Assembly: GCA_964244895.1 (NCBI GenBank)
Contig: CAXTKV010000075.1
Location: 1-21,964 of the forward strand
Direction of reading: 5' to 3'
From: an uncultured Deinococcales bacterium
GTDB taxonomy: Bacteria > Deinococcota > Deinococci > Deinococcales > JAAFIG01
DNA length: 21,964 bases
This document shows positions 19,824-21,964 of this stretch, one piece after another. The notes under the pieces are model-generated. The model searched no databases. It was not told where the DNA came from and saw nothing but the letters and a program-made list of their open reading frames with translations. The position numbers and the translations under genes are program-made. Position 1 is the stretch's first letter, and each line of letters begins with the position of its first letter.

Positions 19824-20655
19824 ACAGCCAGTCGTTCTTGTGATCCGCTGCGAACTGCGAGAAGCTGATCGGCTCGCGGCCCAGCACGCGCTCGACGGTG
19901 TCGGTCGTGGCGTCCGACCATCCGGCGCGAACGCCCGAATAAAGGCTGCTCATCAGTTCCAGGTAGGTCGGTGAAAGGACGCTCTGCATGGAGGCGCGGA
20001 ATTGATCGTCGGTGACGGGCACGTACTGGACGGGCTTTCCGGTCGCCTCGGAAATCTTTTGCGCGACCGCCGTGCGATCCAGGCTCTCCGGGCCGGTCAA
20101 CGGGTACGCCTGCCCCGCGTGGCCGTCCTCGGTCAGGGCCTTGACGGCCACGGCGGCGATGTCGCGAGAGTCGATGAAGCCAGTTCTGGCGTCGGCGGCG
20201 GGTTCATAGAGCCCGCCCTGCCTGATGCCTGCGGCCATACCGGTGGAATAGTTCTGCATGAACCAGTTTGGGCGCAGGAAGGTCCATTCCAGGCCGCTTT
20301 TTTCGAGGTGCAGTTCCACCTGGCGCAGGGGCGCGTCCGGGTTGTTCTCGACGCCCATGGCGGAGAGTTTCACGACGCGTTTGACCCCGGTGGCTTTGGC
20401 CAGATCGATCACGCGCTTTTCGGGTTCGGCGGGGAAATCGCCGGGCGAGGCCAGGTAGAGGGTGCTCACGCCCTGAAGGGCAGCTTTGACGCTGGCTTCA
20501 TCGTTGTAATCGAAATGCACGACATCTGCGCCGGGGAAGGCCGCTTGCGCTTTGGCCAGGTTGTGTGCGCCGATGCGGACGCTCTGGCCTTGCTGGATCA
20601 GGCTTTTGACGATTTCGTTGCCGACCTTGCCGTTGGCGGTGCTGATCAGAATCAT
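19822..20655 (-). CDS. NmrA-like atypical SDR, NAD(P)-dependent oxidoreductase
   Basis: ILISTANGKVG, SGLEWTFLRPNWFMQN, IDSRDIAAVA and YPLTGPE motifs; ATG 20655 with AGGAG SD. Confidence 0.9.
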   Translation of the reverse strand: MILISTANGKVGNEIVKSLIQQGQSVRIGAHNLAKAQAAFPGADVVHFDYNDEASVKAALQGVSTLYLASPGDFPAEPEKRVIDLAKATGVKRVVKLSAMGVENNPDAPLRQVELHLEKSGLEWTFLRPNWFMQNYSTGMAAGIRQGGLYEPAADARTGFIDSRDIAAVAVKALTEDGHAGQAYPLTGPESLDRTAVAQKISEATGKPVQYVPVTDDQFRASMQSVLSPTYLELMSSLYSGVRAGWSDATTDTVERVLGREPISFSQFAADHKNDWL

Positions 20656-20757
20656 GGTGGTCTCCTGGAAAAATCTGTGATGTTGAATTGGGATCGTGGT
20701 CAACGCGGTGTTGACCCTCGAGTGCAGACTTTAAGCCCTAACACTCTATTTAGCAAG

Positions 20758-20792
20758 TACATACCTTTTGGTGCGTATAATGCTGCTATACT
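20758..20792. promoter_or_regulatory. Probable HxlR-family operator plus -10 box for leaderless hxlR
   Basis: Imperfect inverted repeat TACATACC-TTTT-GGTGCGTA (20758-20777) between the divergent genes; TATACT (20787-20792) 6 nt before the ATG. Confidence 0.6.
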
Positions 20793-20798
20793 TACCGC

Positions 20799-21218
20799 AT
20801 GAAACCGACCGAGCAACCCGTCCAGTCCCAACCCGTTCAGACCAACGTGATGTCCCGCTCCTGCCCATCCCAGAGCGTGCTGGACATGATCGCGGATCGC
20901 TGGAGCATCCTGGTGCTGTACGCCCTCAAGTGCTACGGCACGCAGCGCTATAGCCAGCTTCAGAACGCCCTGGAAGGCATCAGCCAGAAGATGCTGACGC
21001 AAACCCTGCGTTCCCTCGAGCGAGACGGTCTGGTGCGGCGCACGTCGTACCCGGTCGTGCCGCCGCACACGGAGTACGATCTGACGGAACTCGGGCACAG
21101 CCTGGACGAGATCATCGCGCCGTTGGCGGTCTGGGCCATGCAGAACCTGCCGCGCGTGATGGAAGCCCGCAGCGTTTACGACTCGCGCCAGGATCGAAGC
21201 GCGGATTCTCGAGCCTGA
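20799..21218 (+). CDS. HxlR/DUF24 family winged-helix regulator
   Basis: N-terminal CP, IADRWSILV, GISQKMLTQTLRSLERDGLV and YPVVPPHTEYDLTELG motifs. Confidence 0.94.
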   Translation: MKPTEQPVQSQPVQTNVMSRSCPSQSVLDMIADRWSILVLYALKCYGTQRYSQLQNALEGISQKMLTQTLRSLERDGLVRRTSYPVVPPHTEYDLTELGHSLDEIIAPLAVWAMQNLPRVMEARSVYDSRQDRSADSRA

Positions 21219-21283
21219 ACGTGACCATGTGCATCTCGAGAACGTGGCCTGACCGAAGCTGACCTGGCCAATTCAGATCACGA

Positions 21284-21342
21284 GAAGACCGTCCAGCGCG
21301 GTGTTTTTCTCGTGCCAGAAAACGCTGTCCTGGACGGTCTTC
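21284..21342. repeat. Paired-site intergenic repeat, long class (59 bp)
   Basis: GAAGACCGTCCAGCGCGGTGTTT ... AAACGCTGTCCTGGACGGTCTTC; the outer 16 bp form a perfect inverted repeat (21281-21296/21330-21345). Confidence 0.9.
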
Positions 21343-21530
21343 TCGAGAGACGCGCCCCTGATTTTCTCGCTCGAGCCGAATCTGTGGGCGAAACCGCTCA
21401 ACGCGCTGTCAGCTTGTCTCGGGCGGAAGGACAGCCCAAAGGATGACAAAGCGCAGAAAAACCTGGTAGATTCGCTCGAGCGTGCCAGATTTCGGGTCAA
21501 ACGCATCCGTTTCGGGCAACAATCGAACAA

Positions 21531-21623
21531 ATTGCGCCGGACGACCGGCGCAATCACCAACAGTCAGCCGGGAACGACCGGCGCAATCACCAAGCGTTTG
21601 CCGGGAACGACCGGCATAACCAA
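21531..21623 (+). repeat. Three hairpin-forming direct repeats (33-bp period) in the glnA leader
   Basis: GCCGG-(GA)ACGA-CCGGC x3. ACGACCGGC starts at 21541, 21574 and 21607; the last copy runs into the AAGGAG SD. Confidence 0.9.
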
Positions 21624-21633
21624 GGAGCGTGAC

Positions 21634-21964
21634 ATGAGCCAAGATTCGCTGCGTGACTTCTTAGAGCTGCCCTACGAAAAACTCGAAGAGCTGAACCTCC
21701 AGGCCAAGCAGGATCGTCTGGATCGCAAAGATCCGGGCAAGGTGCAAGAAGAGCGCATGAAGTACCTGGCGGCCACCAAAGGTATCAAGGCCGTGACGGT
21801 CTGCTTTTCCGACCTCGAAGGCAGACTGCACATGCTCGATTACGACAAGAAATTCCTGCTGAAATCCGCCGATAACCTGACCTTCGACGGGTCGAGCATT
21901 CGCGGCTTCACGGCGCAATCCGAATCGGACTTGCGACTGGCCATCGACTGGCCCGCCTTCTACT
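21634..21964 (+). CDS. glnA: Glutamine synthetase (type I family), 5' part, truncated by the window end
   Basis: Translated by hand: MSQDSLRDFLELPYEKLEEL...VTVCFSDLEGRLH...LTFDGSSIRGFTAQSESDLRL, containing the GS beta-grasp motif FDGSSI.GF...ESD. AAGGAG SD at 21622-21627. Confidence 0.92.
   Translation, partial: MSQDSLRDFLELPYEKLEELNLQAKQDRLDRKDPGKVQEERMKYLAATKGIKAVTVCFSDLEGRLHMLDYDKKFLLKSADNLTFDGSSIRGFTAQSESDLRLAIDWPAFY

Noticed and set aside
21443..21469. Leader peptide MTKRRKTW upstream of glnA
   Set aside because: No Gln/Glu codons, weak SD spacing and no attenuator terminator.
21489..21520. TTTCGGG(T)CAA direct repeat upstream of glnA
   Set aside because: Only two short imperfect copies; cannot be distinguished from chance.
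21531..21623. Mini CRISPR array
   Set aside because: Spacers are only about 6 nt, there are three copies, no cas genes are present, and the array is fused to an SD.

Overview
GC-rich bacterial chromosome segment, most likely Deinococcota. The supporting signs are an alpha2-type GlyRS behind a T-box, a ClpC starting MNRYDDRARLVFHYAREEG, a clpC/radA/PIN-TRAM neighbourhood, a DUF4388 protein and several apparently leaderless genes. Genes from left to right: a sugar/polyol catabolic cluster (RbtD-like SDR, aldo-keto reductase, ABC transporter, ROK repressor, divergent AlsK-like ROK kinase), a DUF4388-peroxiredoxin-like fusion, NUDIX, enoyl-CoA hydratase, AllA-like cupin, glyQS with a Gly T-box, Zn-ribbon NUDIX, clpC, SAM methyltransferase, radA, PIN/TRAM, an NmrA-like oxidoreductase with divergent HxlR, and the 5' end of a glutamine synthetase missing from the ORF track. 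The most striking signals are non-coding. (1) Fourteen intergenic copies of a paired pseudo-palindromic element occur only in two lengths, 48-49 and 58-59 bp, one helical turn apart. (2) CTCGAG occurs about 86 times by manual count, a HIP1-like excess. (3) A 33-bp-period triple hairpin lies directly before the glnA ribosome-binding site. All protein calls are from motif recognition, not database searches.
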